Translations under genes and position numbers: made by a program
IMG/VR virus record: IMGVR_UViG_3300027749_000034
Length of the DNA stretch: 64,000 nt
Strand: one strand, 5' to 3'
Source: a virus
Lineage: Duplodnaviria; Caudoviricetes
Part shown: in pieces, positions 38,094 through 44,463 of the stretch
Layout: every line of letters starts with the position of its first letter
Position numbering within the stretch: position 1 is the stretch's first letter
The notes under the pieces: model-generated
Database searches by the model: none
Told to the model about the DNA's origin: nothing
The model's input: only the letters and a program-made list of their open reading frames with translations

Positions 38094-38153
38094 ATGGCAC
38101 TACAATCATCCGGAGCCATGAATGCCAGTGATATCAATGCCGAACTCACATAA
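38094..38153 (+). pseudogene. truncated copy of the Gly-rich adhesin N-terminus
   Basis: MALQSSGAMNASDINAELT* aligns with MTIRSSGALPASEINAELG. Confidence 0.65.
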
Positions 38154-38203
38154 TGTTGTAAAAATACAACACCGGTTGACAAACTGATTTTTTGTGCTAT
38201 AAT
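38154..38203 (+). promoter_or_regulatory. operator plus sigma70 promoter
   Basis: TGTTGTAAAAATACAACA then TTGACA-16-TATAAT. Confidence 0.8.
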
Positions 38204-38223
38204 AGTCTTTTAGAAGGATTTAT

Positions 38224-38445
38224 ATGACCAACAAACAACGAGCTGTATTTGAAACTGTCAAGATGGTTGTAATTTTTATTGTAATGGGTCTGACATTCAG
38301 TACCATCATACAAACTGGCTATGGCGTATACTTGGGTATTGCCATGGTTGCACTTGGCGTGGTGTATGCATTGATCATGATGTATGAAATGAAGCTGGGC
38401 CAAATTGAATCAAAACAAAGACTAGACGAACTATCAAAAAATTAA
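38224..38445 (+). CDS. small two-TM membrane protein
   Basis: Two hydrophobic helices, AAGGA RBS. Confidence 0.7.
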   Translation: MTNKQRAVFETVKMVVIFIVMGLTFSTIIQTGYGVYLGIAMVALGVVYALIMMYEMKLGQIESKQRLDELSKN

Positions 38446-38472
38446 TAATTTTAGCCTTAACGCAACAAGAGG

Positions 38473-38501
38473 TTGACAACAAGGCTAAGTAAGTGTACAA
38501 T
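38473..38501 (+). promoter_or_regulatory. sigma70 promoter of leader/attenuator 2
   Basis: TTGACA-17-TACAAT. Confidence 0.8.
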
Positions 38502-38508
38502 GATTACT

Positions 38509-38628
38509 ATGACGAACACATTCATATCAAGACTATCGCAGTGGTGCTCAAAACAGAGCATGAGCTTCTGTGACTCCTTTAGTATGAGCTATCATGTTCG
38601 CCATATTCTAGGAGCTCATCCAGGATAA
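38509..38628 (+). CDS. putative leaderless Ser-rich leader peptide (39 aa)
   Basis: MTNTFISRLSQWCSKQSMSFCDSFSMSYHVRHILGAHPG*; starts at predicted TSS. Confidence 0.55.
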   Translation: MTNTFISRLSQWCSKQSMSFCDSFSMSYHVRHILGAHPG

Positions 38629-38649
38629 AGTAATCAGACCGTTTACTTG

Positions 38650-38678
38650 AACCCTGGACTAACACTCCGGGGTTTTTT
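38650..38678 (+). terminator. attenuator-type intrinsic terminator 2
   Basis: AACCCTGGA-7nt-TCCGGGGTT-TTTT; stem identical to terminator 1. Confidence 0.85.
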
Positions 38679-38697
38679 CTTTTTGTGATAAGGAACA

Positions 38698-38853
38698 ATG
38701 ACATTAGATAAAAAGATCAAAGAAGCAGAGTGGACACGCACTCATACATTGAGCAAAGAGCAGTTACAAAAATTGCTCCGTGACAAGATGAAGAGAGCGC
38801 AACACATGCATCAGTTAAACAAGCGAGAGATGTTGACTCAGAGACATCGTTGA
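38698..38853 (+). CDS. small basic hypothetical protein (not in ORF track)
   Basis: TAAGGA RBS; MTLDKKIKEAEWTRTH... Confidence 0.6.
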   Translation: MTLDKKIKEAEWTRTHTLSKEQLQKLLRDKMKRAQHMHQLNKREMLTQRHR

Positions 38854-38864
38854 TCGCCAAGTGG

Positions 38865-38894
38865 TTGACAGGAAACGAGGTCCTGTGCTACACT
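38865..38894 (+). promoter_or_regulatory. sigma70 promoter
   Basis: TTGACA-18-(TG)TACACT. Confidence 0.6.
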
Positions 38895-38955
38895 ATAAAC
38901 AAGCACAAACGGGCGGTACTAGGGATGAAGCACCTTGTGTGGTGTGAAAAATCTA

Positions 38956-39051
38956 GTATATTAAAGCATATACTTGCCTGACTGCAAACGTCGTGGTAAA
39001 CTACTAGAGAAAGGGGTTCAAATCCCCGGGACTGGTATGTGCTTTAATATA
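38956..39051 (+). ncRNA. tRNA-like RNA in an 18-bp closing stem
   Basis: GTATATTAAAGCATATAC/GTATGTGCTTTAATATAC; inner T-arm GGGG-TTCAAAT-CCCC; TGGTAA D-loop-like segment. Confidence 0.6.
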
Positions 39052-39098
39052 CACATTGAGCTGGCCAGGACTGTAATGTCGCAGACAGTGTGTTTAAC

Positions 39099-39183
39099 GG
39101 AGAAGAAGCATCAATGGTGATGCAGTGGACTGTAAATCCGCCGCCTTCGGGCACGACTGGTTCGATCCCAGTATTCTCCACCA
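39099..39183 (+). tRNA. tRNA-Tyr(GTA)
   Basis: Type II cloverleaf, loop CT GTA AA. Confidence 0.95.
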
Positions 39184-39188
39184 ATTTA

Positions 39189-39280
39189 GGAAGTGTGGCC
39201 GAGTCCGGTTTATGGCACTAGTCTTGAAAACTAGCGGAGGGTTAAACCTCCCGTGAGTTCGAATCTCACCGCTTCCGCCA
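39189..39280 (+). tRNA. tRNA-Ser(TGA)
   Basis: Type II cloverleaf, loop CT TGA AA, G73. Confidence 0.96.
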
Positions 39281-39287
39281 TGTCAAT

Positions 39288-39362
39288 GGGCCAGTAGCTT
39301 AATGGTAAAGCAACCGACTCATAATCGGTCGAGTCTTGGTTCAATTCCAAGCTGGCCCACCA
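39288..39362 (+). tRNA. tRNA-Ile2(CAT) (lysidine type) or Met
   Basis: GGGCCAG acceptor resembling Ile2, loop CT CAT AA. Confidence 0.85.
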
Positions 39363-39368
39363 GTTTAT

Positions 39369-39443
39369 GCCCTGTTAGTTCAACGGATAGAATTAGAGTC
39401 TTCGAAACTCAGGATGGTGGTTCGATTCCATCACAGGGCGCCA
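39369..39443 (+). tRNA. tRNA-Arg(TCG)
   Basis: Cloverleaf, loop CT TCG AA. Confidence 0.9.
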
Positions 39444-39446
39444 AGT

Positions 39447-39646
39447 TTTGTTAGAGTGTCAGCAAGAGAAAGACTCGCTAGAAGGCTTCTTCGAAGGGCC
39501 GACTAATGTTAAAGAAGGACGGGTTCAAGTCCCGTAAACGCAGTGGAGCACCTTTGTCCTGTATCCCAAGTGACTTACCGAATCCCGCTCGAGCTTGTTA
39601 ATTCGGGTGAATGGTGCTTATAATGTGGTAGCACTACTTTAACAAA
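39447..39646 (+). ncRNA. long-stem-enclosed structured RNA with T-arm
   Basis: TTTGTTAGAGT/ACTTTAACAAA closing stem; ACGGG-TTCAAGT-CCCGT at 39519-35. Confidence 0.55.
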
Positions 39647-39654
39647 TTCAACAT

Positions 39655-39732
39655 GTACAGATGCCCGAGAGGCCCAAGGGAACTGATTGCAAACCAGTAA
39701 AGCCGTCGGTTCAAATCCGACTCTGTACTCCA
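39655..39732 (+). tRNA. tRNA-Cys(GCA)
   Basis: GTACAGA/TCTGTAC, loop TT GCA AA, U73. Confidence 0.92.
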
Positions 39733-39733
39733 A

Positions 39734-39808
39734 GGTAATGTAGCATAATGGTAGTGCGCCTGCTTCATACGCAGTCCAGTGCTAGTTCGACTCTAGCCAT
39801 TACCACCA
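39734..39808 (+). tRNA. tRNA-Met(CAT), elongator-like
   Basis: GGTAATG acceptor, loop TT CAT AC. Confidence 0.88.
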
Positions 39809-39828
39809 ATTTTATAGGAGAGCCTGTT

Positions 39829-39966
39829 ATGGCCAGTGTCAAGAAAGGAACGATGACTCGTTCACCACAGTGGTGGAAACACCTTAAAGAATGGAAGCGT
39901 GTGTTCTGGAAAGCAGAACGACAAGCTCACAAAAAAGCGGGTATAGCTCAGTTGGTAGAGCAGTAG
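39829..39966 (+). CDS. small Trp/Lys-rich protein
   Basis: AGGAG RBS; PQWWKHLKEWKRVFWK; last 10 codons overlap tRNA-Lys. Confidence 0.6.
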   Translation: MASVKKGTMTRSPQWWKHLKEWKRVFWKAERQAHKKAGIAQLVEQ

Positions 39967-40012
39967 ACTTTTAATCTATTGGTCGTGGGTTCGAATCCCT
40001 CTGCCCGCACCA
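39937..40012 (+). tRNA. tRNA-Lys(TTT)
   Basis: Cloverleaf, loop CT TTT AA, CCA. Confidence 0.96.
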
Positions 40013-40025
40013 ATAAATAGTTGTA

Positions 40026-40370
40026 ATGAAAATTCAGCAAGACAGCACCGGACTTTATATTGAAACAGATGAAGTAGTCTGTCGTCCAGTTGAATCAAGT
40101 CAATTCAAATCAGATGAAGAGGTTCGGCTGGCACTTGATGCTGAAATAGCCACGGTCAGTGATGCCAATGATCGCGGTGCAAATGCCTTTGAAGAACAGT
40201 GGCAAGCAGTATACAAATCTCAGCCGGCTAGAGTTACGTCAGCGCCGGTAACTCATCCACCCATGTATTATGTAGAACACACAGGTTGGTATACTGCAAT
40301 CATAATCCTACTGGGCGTCACTGGGTTTGACCTTGGTCTTCTTGTTGGCACCATCTGGGCCAGGCTTTAA
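40026..40370 (+). CDS. hypothetical protein with C-terminal TM helix
   Basis: 114-aa ORF; TAAATA at 40014. Confidence 0.65.
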   Translation: MKIQQDSTGLYIETDEVVCRPVESSQFKSDEEVRLALDAEIATVSDANDRGANAFEEQWQAVYKSQPARVTSAPVTHPPMYYVEHTGWYTAIIILLGVTGFDLGLLVGTIWARL

Positions 40371-40478
40371 TTCCAACGGTTGAAACTGCAACTTGGCTTT
40401 GGCCAGAAGAGCATCTGGTTTAAAGTCTGCAGGTAAACACCAGGTGGCGCTGGGCAACAATTTAGATTTAACACTCAT
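40308..40478 (-). CDS. possible small protein (56 aa)
   Basis: MSVKSKLLPSATWCLP...; TAAATA 4 nt upstream; overlaps the + strand ORF end. Confidence 0.3.
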   Translation of the reverse strand: MSVKSKLLPSATWCLPADFKPDALLAKAKLQFQPLELKPGPDGANKKTKVKPSDAQ

Positions 40479-40501
40479 ACAGTATTTAAGATCATTTAGG
40501 T

Positions 40502-40574
40502 GTGACCTTAGTGTTAGCGGTCAGCACCTCGGATTGTGATTCCGATAGGATGGGTTCAAATCCCATAGGTCACC
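40502..40574 (+). tRNA. tRNA-His(GTG) lacking encoded G-1 and CCA
   Basis: GTGACCT/AGGTCAC, loop TT GTG AT, C73; T at -1; flanks extend the stem. Confidence 0.9.
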
Positions 40575-40591
40575 CCTAAACGATCTTTATT

Positions 40592-40667
40592 GCCAAGATA
40601 GCTCATCTGGTAGAGCACCTGTTTGAAGCACAGGGTGTGGTTGGTTCGAGTCCAACTCTTGGTACCA
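40592..40667 (+). tRNA. tRNA-Phe(GAA)
   Basis: Cloverleaf, loop TT GAA GC (G37). Confidence 0.93.
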
Positions 40668-40676
40668 AGTTTCTGT

Positions 40677-40750
40677 TCGGGAATGGTGTAATGGTAACAC
40701 AACACACTTTGACTGTGTCGTTCTAGGTTCGAGTCCTAGTTCCCGTGCCA
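40677..40750 (+). tRNA. tRNA-Gln(TTG)
   Basis: Cloverleaf, loop CT TTG AC, G73. Confidence 0.93.
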
Positions 40751-40769
40751 AATTTATAAGTAAGTTTAT

Positions 40770-40846
40770 AGCCTCATAGCTCAGTTGGTTAGAGCATTGT
40801 CTTGATAAGGCAAGGGTCCCCTGTTCGAGTCAGGGTGAGGCTACCA
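40770..40846 (+). tRNA. tRNA-Ile(GAT)
   Basis: Cloverleaf, loop TT GAT AA. Confidence 0.95.
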
Positions 40847-40853
40847 GGATATT

Positions 40854-40994
40854 ATGAAAAAATTATTGTCAATCTGCGTACTTGCAACAGTTGCCGCATG
40901 CGGTTCAATGCCCAAGACTTGCTCTGTGCCTGGTGAGCAAGGTTGTACAAAGATACCGGCAATAATGATTCCAATTTTCAGCAAACAGTTTTAA
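40854..40994 (+). CDS. small lipoprotein (not in ORF track)
   Basis: MKKLLSICVLATVAA-C lipobox. Confidence 0.65.
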   Translation: MKKLLSICVLATVAACGSMPKTCSVPGEQGCTKIPAIMIPIFSKQF

Positions 40995-41068
40995 GGGTCA
41001 TTAGTATAATGGCAGTACTGCGGTCTCCAAAACCGTTAGTGGGAGTTCGAGTCTCTCATGGCCCGCCA
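40995..41068 (+). tRNA. tRNA-Trp(CCA)
   Basis: Cloverleaf, loop CT CCA AA, G73. Confidence 0.94.
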
Positions 41069-41089
41069 ATTACACCTAATAGGTAAATC

Positions 41090-42061
41090 ATGTCAGTTAT
41101 TTTATTTTCGCATCCACGCAGTGGAAGCAGTCACTATACCGCAATGTTGCATTGGCATAATCAGCACAAGTATAAAAACCAAAGCATATACCTTTTTGAA
41201 TTTTTTACAATACATTGCACAGATACATTTGGGCAAGCCGGCGATATACTTTACAACCTTGAGTTATATGGTAAACCTATTCAAGTCTGTGAGTTAGTTG
41301 ATGCAGTATGGAATCGTCAGTGGTTGTATTGGCAAATTGAATCCAATCAGGACCCTGCTGACTTGTTGCCAATGATGCTAAAAAACAAAACTGTAATTTT
41401 TAAAAATTTTCAAGAAGTCCAGCAGTGGTATACAGCAGAATGTTTAAAGAGGTTGAGCTGGCTTAAATTTTTAACCAACAGCAAAATTCATTATGTTGTG
41501 AAACATTTTTTTCTCAGCCAAGAACTCAACATTGATGCTGAGCTGATAGAGTTTGCCAAGTCAGCTCAGCAGGCCAAACTGTATTATAGGCAGGACTTTT
41601 ATCAAACTTTATTGAGTCATCTTATTAAGACTTGTTATTATGATATACCTGGTGCACAACAGAGTCTAACAAATCGTGGACAGGATGCACACAATATACA
41701 AAATAAAATGTCTCCACTACAACCAATGTCATTGTCATTGGAAAAAGATCAACTGTTGAAGTGGATTGATCCTTTTGTATTATTTTTAAATTTTGTCAAA
41801 AACAACAAATTTGATGCGGTAGACATATTGTTGTATGAAGACTTTTTAGCAAAAAAATCAATTCAAATTGACGGGCAAGAAATAAAGTTAGAAATAATTG
41901 ATGCTAAATTCATGCGGACCAAAGAGTTTCCAATGAATTATGCTGTGAGTAAAGATCAATATTTTATCAACAGTGAATTGATTAAGAGCGTGGTCTATGA
42001 AAAAATTGTTGACCAGCACCTGCTAGAAACAATGCAAATGCTAGGTATTCGATTGTTGTAA
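41090..42061 (+). CDS. sulfotransferase-like P-loop protein
   Basis: N-terminal HPRSGSS (5'-PSB loop), LFEFF, LLYEDF. Confidence 0.55.
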   Translation: MSVILFSHPRSGSSHYTAMLHWHNQHKYKNQSIYLFEFFTIHCTDTFGQAGDILYNLELYGKPIQVCELVDAVWNRQWLYWQIESNQDPADLLPMMLKNKTVIFKNFQEVQQWYTAECLKRLSWLKFLTNSKIHYVVKHFFLSQELNIDAELIEFAKSAQQAKLYYRQDFYQTLLSHLIKTCYYDIPGAQQSLTNRGQDAHNIQNKMSPLQPMSLSLEKDQLLKWIDPFVLFLNFVKNNKFDAVDILLYEDFLAKKSIQIDGQEIKLEIIDAKFMRTKEFPMNYAVSKDQYFINSELIKSVVYEKIVDQHLLETMQMLGIRLL

Positions 42062-42075
42062 TTGATCAAACACAT

Positions 42076-42150
42076 ACCACTATAGTTCAATGGATAGAAT
42101 CGGGTCCTCCTAAGACTTGGATACAGGTTCGATTCCTGTTGGTGGGACCA
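42076..42150 (+). tRNA. tRNA-Arg(CCT)
   Basis: Cloverleaf, loop CT CCT AA. Confidence 0.92.
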
Positions 42151-42158
42151 AAGTCAAT

Positions 42159-42235
42159 ACCCCGGTGGCGCAATTGGTAGACGCACCTCTCTCAAAAGGA
42201 GGGTGTTGAGAGTTCGAATCTCTCCCGGGGTACCA
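42159..42235 (+). tRNA. tRNA-Leu(CAA) with short variable loop
   Basis: Loop CT CAA AA; only 5-nt variable region GTGTT; 77 nt. Confidence 0.9.
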
Positions 42236-42245
42236 TTATAGTTTG

Positions 42246-42839
42246 TTATATAAAAATCTTAGATGCCAATAATTCATACGGCATCAGTTTATTTGTTGCG
42301 TCAGTCACTGTGAAAGAGACTGTGTATCGAGTTTCTTCCGTGGTTGTTACATTGTGTGGAATTCCAGTTTGTACAATGTTGTATCCAACAAGATGTTTGC
42401 TGTACAGCAAATTTACCTGATCTGCCGTAAAGCTTGCATAATTGTTTGAATAGTTATTTTTACGAGATATCTTTGTTACTTTTGGTGTGTACCAATTAAG
42501 CACTCCGCCACTGGAGTTGGAAATGTAATTGATCTTGGCCATATTTCCTGGCATCATGTAATCTGCATCAGCGCCATCGGTATGAATCATTGAGGTAAAA
42601 TTAGTTGGGTAGTAAAAAAGCTCGCAACCACGAACCAGCAAGCCCCTTCCTGCCAAGAAGCTGATCACATTGTGGTCAATGTACTTGGAAACTGTAGAAT
42701 CTTTTGAATTAAAAATAGTAGACCTATTGTAAACACCTTTGGCACTAATTAATTTCAACAGGCGTAATCCAGATACAGATAACGGACCATAAGATAAGCT
42801 GAAGTTTTTATACAATTCCATGCGATATTTATTCAACAA
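42246..42839 (-). CDS. 2OG-Fe(II) dioxygenase-like protein
   Basis: IHTDG ... IPHNV ... RYTVSF; start may be the internal ATG (MELY). Confidence 0.58.
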   Translation of the reverse strand: MLNKYRMELYKNFSLSYGPLSVSGLRLLKLISAKGVYNRSTIFNSKDSTVSKYIDHNVISFLAGRGLLVRGCELFYYPTNFTSMIHTDGADADYMMPGNMAKINYISNSSGGVLNWYTPKVTKISRKNNYSNNYASFTADQVNLLYSKHLVGYNIVQTGIPHNVTTTEETRYTVSFTVTDATNKLMPYELLASKIFI

Positions 42840-42892
42840 GTCATTGACAACAGTAGGTTAAATAGTTTATAATAAATTTTACAGAGTAAATT

Positions 42893-42982
42893 GGAGCGGT
42901 CCTATAATGGTATTAGAGCAGATTGCTAATCTGTCGCTCGGCGTAATCCGGGTTCTGAGTTCGAGTCTCAGTCGCTCCGCCA
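42893..42982 (+). tRNA. tRNA-Ser(GCT)
   Basis: Type II cloverleaf, loop TT GCT AA; promoter TTGACA-18-TATAAT at 42844-73. Confidence 0.93.
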
Positions 42983-43001
42983 AACACAACGAAAGCACAG
43001 T

Positions 43002-43166
43002 ATGAAGCCAGGTAAAACATTTCGATTAAGCAAAACAACCAAGCGAATGCTATGTAGCATTGTTGATACAACCAAGCGTAATGCTTGGAAGGCCGCAATG
43101 ATTCAAGCAGAGTTGGCCGCAGGTGTAGTTGTCAAGAGAGAGCCAAAAGAAGGACAGCGTAAGTAA
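43002..43166 (+). CDS. small basic protein (not in ORF track)
   Basis: MKPGKTFRLSKTTKRML...KAAMIQAEL. Confidence 0.65.
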   Translation: MKPGKTFRLSKTTKRMLCSIVDTTKRNAWKAAMIQAELAAGVVVKREPKEGQRK

Positions 43167-43175
43167 AGTTTTTTT

Positions 43176-43259
43176 GCCCCGGTGGTGTAATGGTAGCCAC
43201 GCTGGTCTTAGAAGCCAGTGCCGAAAGGCGTGTCGGTTCGAGTCCGACCTGGGGCACCA
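43176..43259 (+). tRNA. tRNA-Leu(TAG)
   Basis: Type II cloverleaf, loop CT TAG AA. Confidence 0.95.
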
Positions 43260-43276
43260 TAATTTAAAGGTCAAAT

Positions 43277-43498
43277 ATGCCAACAGTCTATACTGAAGTC
43301 GAAGTCGATGTAAGTCTAAGTGATTTTGATACCGAAGATCTAATTGAAGAATTAGAATCTCGAGGTAACTTGCCAATTGAGGGCAATACCGACGCTAAAG
43401 AGCTAGTCGAGTCAATGTATCTAAAGCGTAGAAATGGCAAAGACTACCAGCAAGAGTTGGACCAACTGATTTATCGAGTCCTTGGTAAGATCGTTTAA
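43277..43498 (+). CDS. hypothetical protein
   Basis: 73-aa acidic ORF. Confidence 0.7.
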   Translation: MPTVYTEVEVDVSLSDFDTEDLIEELESRGNLPIEGNTDAKELVESMYLKRRNGKDYQQELDQLIYRVLGKIV

Positions 43499-43508
43499 AT
43501 TGCATCAT

Positions 43509-43583
43509 CTGGCCATAGTACAATGGATAGTACATAGAGCTTCTACCTCTAGAATGTGGGTTCGATTCCTGCTGGCCGGGCCA
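43509..43583 (+). tRNA. tRNA-Arg(TCT)
   Basis: Cloverleaf, loop CT TCT AC. Confidence 0.93.
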
Positions 43584-44432
43584 CTTATTGTTGTAATGTT
43601 TGCAATGCCTGCACAGGCAAAAAAGAAAACAACTGCACCACCTAGCGAACCAGCTCGTGCAGTTTTAGTTTTTAATGCAACAACAGATACACTGGTGCAT
43701 GGTCTAAACATACACGACATCATGCCAATTGCCAGTGTGACAAAATTAATGACTGCATTTGTAGTCTTAGAAAGTCGAGCAGACTTGGATGAAAGATTGC
43801 CAGTTGTACCACAATCAGTGGAAAGTAGCCGTGTTCTCAAGCTTGGTATGATAATTACTCGACGAGAACTACTACACCTTGCACTTGTCTCCAGTGATAA
43901 CCTAGCGGCAAAATTGCTTGCTGTATACCATCCATACGGTTATGATTCATTTGTTCGAGAAATGAATGCCACGGCACAACGCCTGGGAATGAAGAATACA
44001 TCCTATATTGAACCAACTGGACTCCTGTTAAACACCAGTACCGCATGGGATTTACACCTGCTGAATCGTCATCTATCTAAATATACAATTTTCAAAGAAG
44101 CCGCAATGAGCGCAACAGCCAGTGCAGAAGCCCGGACTCGCCGGGGCATATGGCAAAAGTTAGTGATTCGTAACACCAATGCATTTGCAGGAAAATATGA
44201 TATCAAGATTGCCAAAACTGGATTTACTAATCCAGCTGGCTGGTGCATTGACATGCAAGTGCATCATAAGGACCAGGATGTAGATTTTATAGTACTAGGC
44301 TCACCAAGCAAAAAAATACGCAACGAGCTGGTCAGTAAACGATTAAACAATTACATGACTTTCATGACATCTCGATCTATTGTTATTAAAATTGAAGACA
44401 TTGATGATGCAAGTGGATTTATTAATTGGTAA
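43554..44432 (+). CDS. peptidase S11 D-Ala-D-Ala carboxy/endopeptidase (PBP7-like)
   Basis: SVTK, SDN and KTG motifs; start uncertain (43554 in tRNA gives a full signal peptide, 43596 does not). Confidence 0.88.
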   Translation: MWVRFLLAGPLIVVMFAMPAQAKKKTTAPPSEPARAVLVFNATTDTLVHGLNIHDIMPIASVTKLMTAFVVLESRADLDERLPVVPQSVESSRVLKLGMIITRRELLHLALVSSDNLAAKLLAVYHPYGYDSFVREMNATAQRLGMKNTSYIEPTGLLLNTSTAWDLHLLNRHLSKYTIFKEAAMSATASAEARTRRGIWQKLVIRNTNAFAGKYDIKIAKTGFTNPAGWCIDMQVHHKDQDVDFIVLGSPSKKIRNELVSKRLNNYMTFMTSRSIVIKIEDIDDASGFINW

Positions 44433-44463
44433 CAACCCTAGAACTACTGCAAATAAGTATCTC

